DNA of 64,000 nt from an uncultured candidatus Porisulfidus sp. (GTDB taxonomy: Bacteria; Pseudomonadota; Gammaproteobacteria; Poriferisulfidales; Oxydemutatoraceae). Of this stretch, positions 1-15,000 are shown piece after piece. The DNA lies in assembly GCA_965215125.1 (NCBI GenBank), contig OZ244052.1:1920001-1984000 (forward strand). Reading direction: 5' to 3'. Each line of letters begins with the position of its first letter. Within the stretch, counting starts at the first letter, position 1. The notes under the pieces were generated by a model that saw only the letters and a list, made by a program, of their open reading frames with translations, did not search any database and was not told the origin of the DNA. Position numbers and translations under genes: made by a program.

Positions 1-3000
1 TTCAACACAGAAAATCTCTATAACTACACTAGGGCCGAAGTCAAAGCAACCGCAAACAACATCACTGCCGGCGGTTTGGTCGGACAGTTAGCTGGTACAT
101 CGGTAGATACCGCAAACTACTGGGATGCCGACACCTCGCCGTCGGTCACCGCCTCCGCTGCCGGTACCAGCTTAACGACATCACAGCTAATTACTCCGAT
201 AGCACCGAATGCAAAAAACCCTGCCCGATATACCGACTGGAGTACCGATAACTGGGATTTCGGCACCCCCGAACAATACCCGATACTCAAACACGCACCG
301 GGTCCCGATGACGACGGCGACGGCAAAGGCGATGCCTGCGGCACCGAATTTACCCCCGATTGCGACGCATTGTTATTACCCGAACCACGCTACGGTTTCA
401 TAGAACTTTCGCTGGGCGGCGACGACTTTTTGGATCCGCCTTTGGACCCCGAAAATCGCTATTATAACGGCACCGTCGTGGATGCCGACGGCGACAATGT
501 CATCCGGCTGGTACAGACCACGAAGAATCCCGATAGCACGGTCAGGGTCTATATCGGAGATTCCGAAACACCGCTGGGCGCGGAATTTCGAAGTGGTCAG
601 GAATCCGAAGCCATTCCCTTGGTTCTCGGAAGAAACCTCATTAATGTAGAAATCGACCCCAAGCCCGGTATTGCGCCTTTTAGATATACGCTCGATCTCC
701 TCTTTGAACGACCGACGATAGAGATTAATTATTTGGAAGACCTTGTGGCAATAAACGATGCCCCGAATTTCAACTACAGACTCGCCAGAAATTTGGATTT
801 TGAGGACAATACCAGCTATCGCGATTTGAGCAATAGAGACAGATGGATTACAAATTTCGGTAGCATGGGAGGTTGGTCGCCGATCGAGAATTTTAACGGT
901 ACCTTCGACGGCAACGGCTATACGATATCCAATCTACAGATAGTCGGCCCTCGTAGCGGCAGCCCGGAGAATATAGGTTTGTTTGCGACGATTGCTGCCG
1001 GCGGCATCGTGCGTAATTTGGGGTTGTTGAACCTTAGAATAGATATCCCAATCAGACTAGACGCTAACGGCGGTGGGATAGCGGCAATCAATCGCGGCAC
1101 CGTGATCAACAGCTATGCGGTTGGCACTATCGAGGGAGCGAATAGCGGTATTTTGGTCGGTCGTGGCGAGCGTGGTAGTCATATTATTAACAGCTATGCG
1201 GTCGGCACTTTATACGAAAGTGAGCGATTAATGCGATTCAACGGCGGGTTGGCAGGTACTTGTCGAGATTCTACGATTGTCAACAGTCATGCACATGTAG
1301 AAATAGCTAATAGAGTTATTACTCAAGCGGCTCGCGATGTCGGTGGCTTGGTCGGCAGCAGTTGGAATTGTAATATACACAACAGCTTTGCGGTCGGTCG
1401 GTCGGATAAAGTCAATAATCAAGACGATCGGAGTTTCGGAGGATTGATTGGGGTCGTGGAGCGGGGCGGTACGGTTCAAAATAACTATGCTTATGTTGAT
1501 ATGGCCGAAAACTTAAATGCCGGTGGATTATTGGGGGATGTTCTCAATTCAGATATGAATACCGATATCGATATTTTTAATAATTACGTAATCGGCACTG
1601 CGGCATCCGGTTTTTTGCGTCAATATACTGAATCCGGACCGGGCGAACTTAGGAGCGGTGCTAATTATTGGAATATAGACACCAGTCGGACAGTGCTTAC
1701 AGACTCAAATGTCAACGCAAGCGGTCAAACCACCGAGGCACTGCAACTACCGACCTCGGCGGACGGCATCTATGGACAATGGGACGAAGAGAATTGGGAT
1801 TTCGGTACATCCGAGCAATATCCGATCCTCAAATACGCCGCACACCCCGACCCCGATGCCGATGTGCAGACATGCCGTCGTGCCGACGACGATTCGACAC
1901 GGCTACCGGTTTGCGGAGACTTGATCGCACCGCAACTCCGCTACGGCTTAAAAAATCTGGACATAGCCGACGGCACATTGACCCCGGCGTTCACCGAAGA
2001 AAACGGCGAACACTACGGCAGTTACTTGGGTACCGCTTTTGCCGATCCCGACGCAATCCGATTGATCCCGACCGCATTCGACGACCGTGCCGAGATTAGA
2101 ATCTATCAAGTCGACGGCAGAGGCGAACGGCAGTTGGGCGGTGCCTTCGCTAGCGGTGGCATCAGCGAGCCGATTACACTGAACCAAAGGTCTTTCTCAA
2201 GATACGCAAGTGCCATAAACTACTTGATCGTCGAGATAGACCCCGAAGACCCCGCCGCGCCGACCGTCAGATACCCGGTTTATCTGATGGCAGTAACACC
2301 GATCAGGTATTTGGAAGATCTTCACGCATTAGATCAACCGGGTAACCAGTTTAGAAATAGTGTGTTAGTCCGCGACTTGGATTTTGAAGATCCCGACAGC
2401 TATCGCTCGGGTGAAGTGAATAGAGTCTGGACAGTAGTGGACTTTAGTCAACCGAGTATGGGTTGGCGGCCTATCAGACGTAATCTACGAGGTATTTTTG
2501 ACGGCAACGGCCATACCCTATCCAACTTGAGAAGCAGCGGTTTTAACAGTCAAGCAGGCCTTTGGAATGTTGTTGATCCTTCCGGCATTGTACGCAATTT
2601 GGGTTTGCTCAATGTAAAAATTGCTAATAACACGATTAGTAATGGCGGTGCGTTGGCACTACAGAACGCAGGCACGATTATCGGAAGCTACGCAGTGGTT
2701 GATATCAGTACTTCCAGAAATCAAGTACCTACTATCGGCGGTTTGGTCGGCGATAATCGAGGCCGGATTTTTAATAGCTATGCGGTAGGTAACATTACCG
2801 TAGTAGATGGTCCAGAAGGAACACCTAACATTAGCATTGAAAATATCGCCAGTATCGGTGGTTTGGTCGGCTTCAGTTCAAATGATGCTTTTGGCATCTT
2901 GAATGCTCCGGAAAAAAGAGGTCTGATCGTCAACAGCTATGCCGATGTTTCGCTATCCACGACCGACTTCAGAGCCGGCGGCTTGGTCGGTCTATGCGAC

Positions 3001-6000
3001 GCGTGTGACATTCGCAATAGTTTTGCGCGCGGTGCGGTCGTAGGGAGAGGGCCTAGAGTAGCTTCGATCGGAGGATTCGTCGGTCGTTTGCAAGGCGGAT
3101 TTAGCCTGAGCAACAACTATGCGAGTGGTAGTGTCGGTAGAACCAATGTTGCGCGCGGTGTCGGTGACGGCGGATTTTTCGGTAGTCTACTTACCGCCGG
3201 CAGTCTCAATGCCAATTACTCCGTCGGGATGACCGACCATGGGTTTGGCGGTGGCCGCTTATCCGAGACCGCGCTCGGCGATGTTCCGAATTATTGGAAC
3301 ACCGACACCGCCACGACGAGCGGTACGAATGTCTCCATCAATGCAAGCGGCAAAACAACCGAGATGCTCCGAATGCCGACTACCGCAAGCGGTATCTACC
3401 GGCAATGGAGCGAAGACAACTGGGATTTCGGCACCGATACCGAATATCCGGTACTCAAACATACCTTGTTTTCAAGCCGAGATTACGGTCGTAGTCAAAG
3501 CTGCCGCGACACCGTCGACGATCTAAGACCATTACCCGTTTGTGGCAGTTTGATCGGACCGACATCCCGCAGTATACTCAAAAATCTGACCTTAGCCGAC
3601 GGTCGTGAATTGTTGCCGGCGTTCACCAACAACGGCAGTTATTCCGGCGAGGTCGTCGAAGACTCCGACATCATCCGATTGATCCCGACCGCATTCGATA
3701 GGCAAGCCGAGATCAGAATCTATGTGATCGACGGCAACGGCGAACGTCAGGTGGGTGCGACATTCGGTAGTGGCGGCACCAGCGCACCGATCACATTGGA
3801 TGCGAGTGTTATCAACCGTCTCATCGTCGAAATAATCTCCACCGACCCCACCGTGCCGACCATTCGCTATCCGCTGTATCTAAGTTATCGGGTCGGACCG
3901 ACCAAGATAGACTCGCTCGAAGCCTTGAACGCAATACGCAACCGTCCGGACGGCGATTATATATTAACCCGCAATCTGGACTTCAACGATGACGACAGTT
4001 ATGAAGATTTGAGCAACAAAGACGCCTGGACGGTAAGCGATTATCAATCTCCCGTCGATTTAGGCTGGTTGCCTATCGGTGCAATAAGGACCTTCACCGG
4101 TACTTTTAACGGTGCCGGTCATACGATTTCCAACTTGCAAATCAATAATAGCGACGGTCGCATAGACAAAGGGCTATTCGGCACTATCGGCGCGTCTGCA
4201 GTGGTGCGCAATATCGGTTTGCTCGATGTCAATATTGTAGATAACAGCGATGCGAATACCGCTGCGTTGGTCGGTGCGAATAACGGTCGGGTTGTCTCCG
4301 CTTATGCACAAGGCACCATTGTCGGCGGTAGTCGTTCGGGCGGTTTGGTCGGCTGGAGCGGTGGTGAAATCGTCAATAGCCATACGGTCGTTAGCGTGCA
4401 GGGGCAAGGCGAGGAAATCGGTGGCTTGGTCGGTTACAACGAAGGCAATATAGGCAACAGTTCGGCTGCCGGTGATGTGGCGGGCACTACCAATATCGGT
4501 GGCTTGGTCGGGCATCATCGCAACGGATCCATCTACCACAGCTATGTCAATAGCCGCGTCTCCGGCGACAACGGTGTCGGTGGTTTGCTGGGTTTCGCTT
4601 CGGCCGGCAACATCAGCGATGTTTATACGACCGGTCGGATCGATGCGCAACGCAACGCCGGTGGTTTAATCGGTAGCACCACTGCGACCGTATCACAAAG
4701 GAGCTATAGCATCGCCGAAATCTCTGCCATGTTAAGAGATGACAGTAGCTTCGGTAGCTTGGTCGGTCGCTTCGAGGGGGGTGCCGAACTGCGCGATAGC
4801 TATTTCAACTCCGACAGAGCATCGTTCCCGATCGTAGGACAACGTGCCGACGACACACAAATCACGAATGCTTCCGCGCTGACCACCGTAGACCTACAAC
4901 TCGAACCCTCGAATATGAGTACATTCAATAACATTTATGGAGCTTGGAGACAAGATTGGGATTTCGGTACCAGCGTACAATATCCGATTCTGGTAGTGTC
5001 ACCGAACCCCGATCGTAACGGTGCTAAAACATGCGGCACTTTCGACACGCCGCTGTGTAGAACTTCATTGAGAGGCAACCCGGCTTTGAGTGCGTTGCGT
5101 TTCTTGTCGGGTCAACAGAGCCCGGATGTGGACCTCCGTTATCGCGACCATATCGGTACGATAGTCAACAATGTTGCCGAGACACAACTGCTTGCGGTTG
5201 CCACCGATCCGGATGCGCAAATCACCTTCTACCTCAACGACAGACAGCACGGTGAACGCACGGTGAGCGGTACCGCCGGTGCGAGTAGTGCGGCGATGAC
5301 ACTCGGCGAAGACGGCTTAAACCGCATTGCCGTCGAAGTCATAACACCTGCGGTTGAAAATGATCCCGGCGGTGTAGACCGATACAATTTATCGGTTCGT
5401 TTCCGGCAAATTAACTCCGATAGAAACGGTAATCCGTTTATCGAAATAGCCACTTTGGAAGACTTGGATGCAATACGCGACAATACGAGTCGCAGTTATA
5501 TCTTGACCGCAGATCTGGATTTCAACGACGATAACAGTTATGGAGATTTGAGAAATCGTGCCAAAAACAAAGCTGCATGGACGGTAGATAACTTTGCTGC
5601 CTCCGATGATGAAGGTTGGCAACCGATAGATAATTTCAGCGGCGAGTTTGACGGCAACGGCTATACGATATTCAATCTGCAAATCAACCGCGACACCAAG
5701 GACGATCAAGGACTGTTTGCGGTCATCGCCGACGAAGGCGTCGTGCGCAATATCAGCCTATTCGGTGCGATGATAGAAGCTCGCAACAATGTCGGTGTAT
5801 TGGCGGGACGCAATAACGGCACCGTCATCGCCGTCGATGCCTACGCTCGGATTGACGCGAATAACACCGTCGGCGGTTTGATCGGCAATAGCCGCGGTTG
5901 GGTTATCGGGAGCAACGCCGTTGTCGTTATCTCGGCAGTCGACAGCGTCGGTGGTTTGGTCGGCAGTTCCGGGGCGACAATCATCAACAGTTATGCAAGC

Positions 6001-9000
6001 GGTGCGGTTATAGCCGCCGGCAATCGTAGCGGTGGTTTGGTCGGCGAAAATTCTATGCCGTCGGGTAGAATTATCAATAGCTATGCCGAGACCGAAGTCA
6101 CCGGAAACAGCGAAGTAGGCGGTTTGGTAGGGCACAGCACGGCGACGAGTGTCATCACCGATAGTTATGCGGCGGGTTCGGTTCGTGCCGTTGCCGAGGT
6201 GGATAGCGGGGGGCCTTACGCCGGAGGGTTGGTCGGTCGTCTGCGCGGCGCATCGACCGTCAAAAATAGTTATGCGATTGCCGCCGTCGAACCCGACACA
6301 CGGCAGAATTTCGTCGGTGGTTTGATCGGCAATAACGGCAACCGAAACGAGGCAATCACGGCAAGTTATTGGGATCGTGACACCACAGGTCAAACCGGCT
6401 CCGCAGGTGGTGCCGGTTCCACTCCGATAATCTTACAGTCCGCTACCTCGCATACAAACAGCGGTCAACAAAACCGACCTTACTACTTGTGGAGTGAACG
6501 CAACTGGAATTTCGGCACTGCCGAGCAATATCCGACACTCAAATACGCACCGAATCCGGACCGCGAAGGTCCCCCGACCTGTGGCAGTGCCGGGTTACCC
6601 GAATGTGGTAGCCCCTTAACACCGCAACTTCGCAACAGCTTGGAAGACCTAAAATTGGCATCTACGAGCCGGCTGGTTCCACCCTTTGACGCAAATACCG
6701 GCAGACACCGCAACAGTTACTTCGGTTCGGCAACCGCCAATCCGATTCGTTTAATCCCGACGGCAAGCCAAGACGATGCCGTCATCAATATCTACGCAGC
6801 CGACGGTAGCACATTACTGGAATCGGCACTCGCCAGCGGTGGTACCAGTGGGGTTATCTTCTTGAGCGACGACATCAACCGCATCGTGCTGGAGATCGTC
6901 GCTGCGACGACTGCGACGGTGCGATACCCGGTCTATATTCGCCGCATCGATGATGTGGACGGCGACGGCTTCATCGATATCGACAATCTAGAAGAACTTC
7001 GGGCAATCACCGAAATAAATAATAGACTCAAAAACTATGAATTGGTTCGCAGCTTAGATTTCAACGACCCGGACAGCTACGGCTCGGGTGAAGTGAACCG
7101 CGAGTGGACGGTAGAAGACTTTAACAACCGCGGAGACCTCGGTTGGCAACCTACAAGTTTTGCCGGAGAATTCAACGGCAATGGTTACACGATCTCGGGC
7201 CTACAAATCAATAGAGTAGCGAGCGATAATGTCGGGTTGTTTAGTCGACTTGACACCTCGGGGACGATTCGCAATCTCGGTTTGCTCAATCTAAGGATAA
7301 AAGCCGGCAACAACACCGGTGGATTGCTCGGTGCGAATTCCGGTACGGTCATCAACTGCTTCGTCATCGGCGAAATCGAAGGAAATATCCGTGTTGGTGG
7401 CTTGATAGGTATTAGTCGGATTCTGGATAAGATGCGCGGGGGTGTTATCAACAGCTATGCTGAAGCTATGGTTTCCGGAGTATCCAATGTAGGCGGTTTG
7501 GTAGGGGAGAACCCAGGCCACAAGATCTATAACAGCTACGCCGGCGGTAGAGTTGTCGGCGATAGGACTATAGGTGGTTTGGTCGGCTCTATGGTACCCC
7601 CTTTCACCGGTCAAGAGGTGAACGATGCCGATGCCGTCGTCAATAGTTACGCAACCGCTCGTGTCATGGCACGGCGGGACGCTGTCGGTGGCTTGATAGG
7701 TGTAATCTTTCGTGGAAACGATTCACTTTACAACAACACCTACACAACCGGTCAAGTTGACGGAAATGACAGTGCCGGTGGCTTGATAGGTGTGATAAAT
7801 CTAGGAGCTGCCTCACTTGACAACAGCTACATAACCGGTCGAGTTGACGGAAATAGCAATGTCGGTGGCTTGGTGGGTCGCACTAACGGAACAATCGCAC
7901 GGATTCAAAATAGCTATGTGAACAGCGACGAGAATCCGGGGATTTCTCTAGGGTCGGGATCCTTCCTGAACTCTTCCACTCAAACCTCCGCCCGACTACG
8001 ACAAGGTACAGCGCAATCAAGTGCCCCGACCGATGTTTATTACCGATGGAGTACCGATGACTGGGATTTCGGCAACGCTTTGCAATATCCGATACTCAAA
8101 TATGCCCAGACCACCGGTACCGGGTTCGTTCAAGCCTGCGGCAACGGAAGCGACGACCTACCCGAGTGTGGCACACCGATATCGCCGCAAATTCACGATG
8201 GCTTGCAGAATCTAAGTGTAGCCGACGGTGCGGAGTTGGATCCACCTTTCGGTGATGCGCATCGTGATTTAAGCGGCAGTTATTTCGGCGATCTAAGCCA
8301 CGATGCAAGCACCCTTCGCATCATACCGACGGCAAAGGTACGCAACGCAACGATTAACATCTATGTCGGCGATGTCGGCGGAAAACAAACGCCCGACCAG
8401 CAAATCGCCAGCGGCACGACTTCGACACCGATTACCTTGGTCAACGGTATCAATCGCATCGTTCTAGAGATTGTGGCAACCGGGCGCGCTACCGTGCGCT
8501 ACCCCGTTTATCTTAGATTCGATACCCAAGATAGAAACAGAGACGGTATTATCGAGATTGCTAATTTGAACGAACTCTACAATATACGCCACAACTTGTC
8601 CGGCAATTATCGTTTAGTCCGCAATTTGGATTTTGACGACCCGAACAGTTATGCGCCCGGTAGATATCCACCCGGCGAAATTAACCGCGAATGGACGGTA
8701 CTAAACTTTAGCGACCCTGCCGATCGCGGTTGGCTACCGATCGGCACGCGCACAAGTTCTTTCAGAGGCGAGTTTGATGCCGACGGTTTCACCATTGCCA
8801 ATTTACGAATCAACGATACTCGAGGCAACGAAAGCGGATTATTCGGAAATATCGGTGGACGCGGTGTGGTACGCAACCTCGGTTTGCTAAATGTCAAGAT
8901 ACAAGGACGCGGTGATGTCGGTGGTCTGAGTGTCGTCAACCGCGGCAGAATTATCGGCACTTATGTGATCGGCGAGCTATCGGGCGGCTATCGAAGAAAT

Positions 9001-12000
9001 ATCGGTGGTTTGGTCGGTGAGAATGCCGGGGGTGAAATCGTCAATAGCTATGCGCAGGTCACCCTAACGGCTTATAGAAGCGAAGCCAACAGCATCGGTG
9101 GCTTGGTCGGTGTGGTGTCGTCGGGCGGTGCGATCGTCAACAGCCATGCCGGCGGCATCTTGGAGCACAGAGGATTGCATAGTGGTGGTTTGCTCGGTAG
9201 TACCGGCTGGGGTGATAACCCCATGCCGATCAACATCGTCAATAGCTATGCCGAAGGTCGGGTCGCCGGGGTCAACCATGTCGGTGGCTTGGTGGGCAAC
9301 CTCGCAGTCGACGGAGATGCGGTGAGCAACAGCTATGCCAGAGGTGAAGTTTCGGAGTTCGCAGCAACCGGCAATGCGAATCAATATGTAGGCGGCTTGG
9401 TCGGTCTCGTCAATAAAGGATCGATCACCGACAGTTATGCTGCCAACAACATAATAGAATCAAGTGCGGTACAAAGGGAGAATATACAAATCGGAAGTTT
9501 GGTCGGCTCGCTCCTCGACGATGAGTCTCCCATATCTGCGAGCTATGCCGATATCACTCGGAGTCGCTACAACTTCATAGGAACTACCTCTACCCTTAAT
9601 TCTTTCAATAGGACTACCGCACAGCTACAAACTCCTACAGGGCGGGGTGAATCGCCCGGCGATACCTATCATCAATGGAGTGAAACCGACTGGAATTTCG
9701 GCGATAGTACCAGCTATCCGATACTCGAATATGCCGCTGCAACCGATGTATTAGGCGGAAGGAATGCCGCGTGTCGCAGTCGCACTATGAACGAGGCAAC
9801 CCGATTACCGGTTTGCGGTGAGTTGATATCGCCGCCGTTTGAAAATAGTTTGAGTAGTCTAAATTTGGGCCCGGGTGCATCACTCAATCCACCTTTCGGC
9901 GATGCGAATCGCCAGTTATTCGGCTATTATTCGGGTGCGGTCAGGTTTGACCTTAATTCCACCCAAACCGATGTTAGTCTATTCCCGGTGGCAAGAAAGC
10001 GCAATTCCACGATTGATATCTATGTCAACGGTGTTCGCAGCCAGCAAGGGCTTGCCACTAACAGGCTCAGCCGGCCGATTGAATTAACAGAGGGAATTAC
10101 TTTCATTGTTTTGGTGATCACATCGCCCGGCTTGGAACCGGTGCGATACCCGGTCTACCTCAGCTACGACCCTAGGGATAGAAACGGCAACGGTTTTATC
10201 GAGATCAACAATTTGGAACAACTCTATGACATACGCGCCGATATCGATACCCTAACCGCTGATTACGAATTAACCCGAGATTTGGACTTCAACGACCCGA
10301 ACAGCTATGCGTCGGGTATCGTCAATCGCGACTGGACGGTAGAAAGATTTGACAGCCCCACCGACTTCGGCTGGGAAGCGATAGGAGGTATCGTCGACGA
10401 CGACTGCGACGATTTTGACAGTAGGTGCTTCGGAGGCACTTTCAACGGCAACGGCCATACGATATCCAACCTATCTATTAATGGAGATGCCGATTATCAG
10501 GGCTTGTTCGTCGGTATTGCCGGGACCGGCAATGTTCGTGCGCTCGGCTTGGCAAACCTAAAGATACAAGCCGGAGACACGGTCGGAGGTTTGGCCGGTC
10601 GCAACGAAGGCACCGTCATCGATAGTTTTGCAATCGGCGAGCTTTCGGCAAACGACAGGGTCGGGGGTTTAGTCGGCATCAACGAAGGCACCGTCATGGA
10701 CAGTTATGCGATCGGCGAACTCTCGGCAAACGACAGCACCGGTGGTTTAGTCGGCATTGGCGAAGGCACCATCATCGGCAGTTATGCGATCACCGAGCTT
10801 TCGGCAAACAACGATGTCGGTGGGCTCGTCGGCGAGAGCATCGGCAAAATACTCAATAGTTATGCCGGGGGTGTGATAACCGGCAATACCGGCGTAGGCG
10901 GCTTGGTCGGCACAGCTACCGATATGTCCGGCAGCGGAATGATCGTCAACAGCCACGCCGGCGGCATCATCCATGCTTTCGGAGATTATGTCGGTGGGCT
11001 CGTCGGTAGAATAGGTTTCGGTCCGGGAAACGAGGATTTCAGAATAATCAATAGCTATGCAAACAGCCTGATTTCGTCGGACGGACAGTATGTCGGCGGT
11101 TTGGTGAGCGATTCGGCATCGGGCAAGTTCACGATTAGCAACAGCTACGCCGGCGGTCGCGTTACCGAGAGTGCCTTCGGCAATGTGACATCTATAGGGG
11201 GTCTGGCTGCGGTTACGCTGCCCGACGACTCCATCACCGATAGCTACGCCGTCACCGAGATCTACCCGCAAAGTGCGGCTGTAAGCAAAGGCAGTTTAGT
11301 CGGCAATCATTCGGGTAGGCTCGCTTCGGTTTATTCCGATGCCGCTAGAAATCCCTATATCGGCATCACCGGGAGAGGTGGCGGTCAAATCGAGGCTTCT
11401 TCCATACGGACCACCGCCGAGATGCAATCTGCCACGGGACCGTCGACGACGCAAACCGGGGTTTATTACAACTGGGATGCAAATGCTTGGGATTTCGGTA
11501 GCCGCAACGAATACCCGATACCTAGATATGTCTCGGGTCCCGATGCCGACGCTTGCGGTACCGACGATACGCCGAGCTGCGGCACTCCGATCTCCCCGCA
11601 AACTCGCTATCGCACACGCGGCCGCGGTCTGCGTGCCTTGAATGTCGAAGAAGGTGCATTGTATCCGCGCTTCGATATAGACGAACAGAATCGGGTCGGT
11701 GTCTATGTCGGTGCCGTCGTCGCCGATAACGCTGTTGCCCAACTGATCGCAACGACGATGGAAGCAAATGCGACCTATAGTGTCTATTTGGGTCCTCGTG
11801 AAATACCGTTGCTCAGCGATGCCCGAAGCGGTACGACGACAACCGAGATTACTCTGAGCGCGCGCGAAGCGACTCGTATAGTTATCGAAGTCAAAGGAAC
11901 CGAGACAGAAGGAACCGAGACAGTACGCTATATCCTCTATCTAAAACACTTGAATAACGCACTCGCGGTTGATGCCGACCACGACGGGCTCATCGAGATA

Positions 12001-15000
12001 GACTCTTTGGAAGACCTCAATGCGATTCGCTTCGTAGCCGACAGTAGCGGTTATCGTGCGAATGCCCGGACGGCTAGCAATTCGGCAGGTTGTCCGAACG
12101 GTCTATGCCGCGGCTACGAATTGACCGGAAATCTGGACTTTAACAATCCCGACGATTACGAAAATATAGATAACAGGGCGCGATGGCATGACGACGGCAG
12201 TTGGCCTCCCATAGGGAACCCCGTGCGGTTCTTTACCGGCACTTTCAACGGCAACGGCTTTGCAATTTCCAACTTAAAAGTCAGAGCGAACGGCGGACTT
12301 TTCGGGGTTATAGGCTCCGATCGCGAAGCCGAGGCTGCCGATGTGCGCAATTTCATTAGAGGACTCGGCTTGTTGAATGTAGATATTCAAGGCGATGTCG
12401 TCGGTGGCATCGCGAGATATTGCAATCGCTGTAGTATCGATAACACTTATGTCGTCGCTCGCATAAAAGGCACCGAAAGTGCTGCCGGCTTCGTCAACGA
12501 GTATTCAATATCGTCTACATCGTCGCCCGATATATTCATCCACAACAGCTATTTCATCGGTCGCGTCGATGCGCGGCACATTGCCGGCGGTTTTATAGGT
12601 AGCGGCGATTTTCATCCGCGAATTTCCGATAGTTATGTAATCGGCAGAATAATAGCCGGCAGTAGCGTAGCACAAGTCGGTAGCTTTGCGGCAACCGGTT
12701 TGGATAATTTTAATATCGCCCGTAGTTTTGCTGCCGCGTCGGCAACCCGCGCCGGAGTGCCGCAAGGCTTATCGGGAGGTGGCATCGGCAACGGTTCCAT
12801 TGAAGCGACCTATATAGACGGTGACATTGCCGGTTTGCAAACTGCCGAGCCGGCCGATGTTCAAAGCACCGAAGCACTTCAGATACCGACCGATGCAATC
12901 GGTATCTATAGCCGATGGCGCACCGAAAACTGGGATTTCGGCACCCGCGAACAATATCCGGCAATCAAATACTCGCAATGCGAGGAAACCGCTTCGGCGT
13001 TTTGTGGTAGCGTATTCCCTTATCAGGGTGGCTTGCTCAAAAGCCTAAAACTACCTGAAAATATAGGCATCAATCCGCCCTTTGATTTTGCTACATTTAA
13101 CTACGAGATCGCGGTTCCTCTGGGCCAAAAGATTTTGCAATTCACTCCCGAATCGTTCGGCACGAGTGCGACGATTGCAATTTCCGTGGACGGTGTCATG
13201 CTTGCCGAAGTGCCGAGTGGTCGTATCGTGCCGAGAATTACTTTGGATACGCGAGGTGAGACGATAGTGGATGTGGTCGTAAAGGAAAGCACCGACCGTA
13301 CCTCGTACCGTTACCGCTTTACCGTCTTCAATCTGGATGTGAGAATATACACCACGGCGATAGATGCCGACGACGACGGACTGATAGATGTAGGTACCCC
13401 CGAGCAGTTGAATGCGATGCGCTATAGCTTGGACGGCAGTTTTTATAGAGAGCGTGCCGACGGTGCCCGAGTTTATTGTCGTAGCGGTTGCCGTGGCTAC
13501 GAACTGAACGCCGATATAGACTTGACAGGAGTTGATTGGCAACCTATAGGCGGTAGCGATGCCGGCTTCAACACGCACTTCAACGGTAACGGCTATACCC
13601 TATCCAATCTGACTTGGAATGCCCCCGTTTCCGATGATATAGGCTTGTTTCATACCCTAGGTGAAAATGCGAGGATAGAAGATATCCGACTGATAGACCC
13701 CCAAATCCGTATAACACAGGTTGATAGCCCCGATCGCTTGATCGGCACTTTGGCGGCAACCAACTTCGGCATTATCTTCAATAGTCGGGTTGAAAATGCC
13801 ACCATCGATATTCAACGGTCATCTACCAATACCAGTGTCGGGGGTTTGGTTGCCGACAACAGAGGTGTCATTGTCAACAGCGGAGTGGCAGGCGGTTCCA
13901 TGATAACGGCATCGGACCCCGGCAACTTGGCAGGTTTAGTACATTTGAATTCAAACGGTGTCATTCACGGCAGTTTTGCAACCATTTCGATCTCCGCTAA
14001 AAATAGCAACCGATTTAGAGCTGCGGGTTTGGTTAATACCAACAATAATCAATCGGTAATAAGCGATAGCTATGCGCAAGGCGATATTGCATTTGACTTC
14101 GGTGGCTCCAGAGCGGGTTTGGTAGAGCGCAACAACGCAAGCATTGAAAACAGTTATTCAACCGTGAACATTAGAGGTAACGGAGGCGGTCTGGTAGAAT
14201 CCCGATTTTCGGATAGTACCATTCGTAATAGCTATTGGGATGCCGACACCAGCGGTCAAACTACCGGTTTGGCAGGCACCTCTCGAACGACGGTGGAGCT
14301 ACAATCCGGTGTTGCGCAAAATAATAATATCGATACCGTCTACTATCAGTGGAATCCCGAGCATTGGCATTTCGGCAATAGCGACCAATACCCGACCGTA
14401 CTCTACCAAGACGGTAATCTCGATTTGTGTAGAGAGCCGACCGAAACACAACTGCAACGCTGTGCCGGCTTGGTTTCCGGCGGGTTATCGGAAGCCGACC
14501 GTGCGATCGTCTGTCGCGACCGTTTGCCCGGAAATAGAGTAGACCCGCCGTATTGCGGTGCATTGGTGCCGAGTCAAGCTCGAGTCGGTTTGATCGGACT
14601 GGAACTTTCTGCCGGTGTGGAATTGGTACCGGAATTCAGTCCCGAAGTGGAGTCGTATGAATTGAATGTGGACTCAGGGACTACCACATTCGATATCATG
14701 CCGACCGCCTATTATCAAACCGACACCGTTTCGTTGATAACCGGTAGTGATGAGCGTATCGTTGCCGACAACACCAGCCGACGTCTCGATATAGCCGATA
14801 TAGACGACTTCAGCCTAGCGGTACGCGCCGCTGCCACGACCCGCACGCGACTCTATACGGTTGTTTTGAGAGAGACAACCGTGCCGGAAGCGGTGAGAAT
14901 GGGAATACAAATCTCGGCATTGGACGGCTTGAATTTGTTCCCCGATTTTTCGCAAGATATAACCGACTACGGCGTGACCGCCTATTCCGACACATCGCAC

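Noticed and set aside
76-78. TTG at 76 as the start of the giant ORF
   Set aside because: The frame is open from base 1 and the codon lies inside a GGLVG repeat; the real start is upstream of the window.
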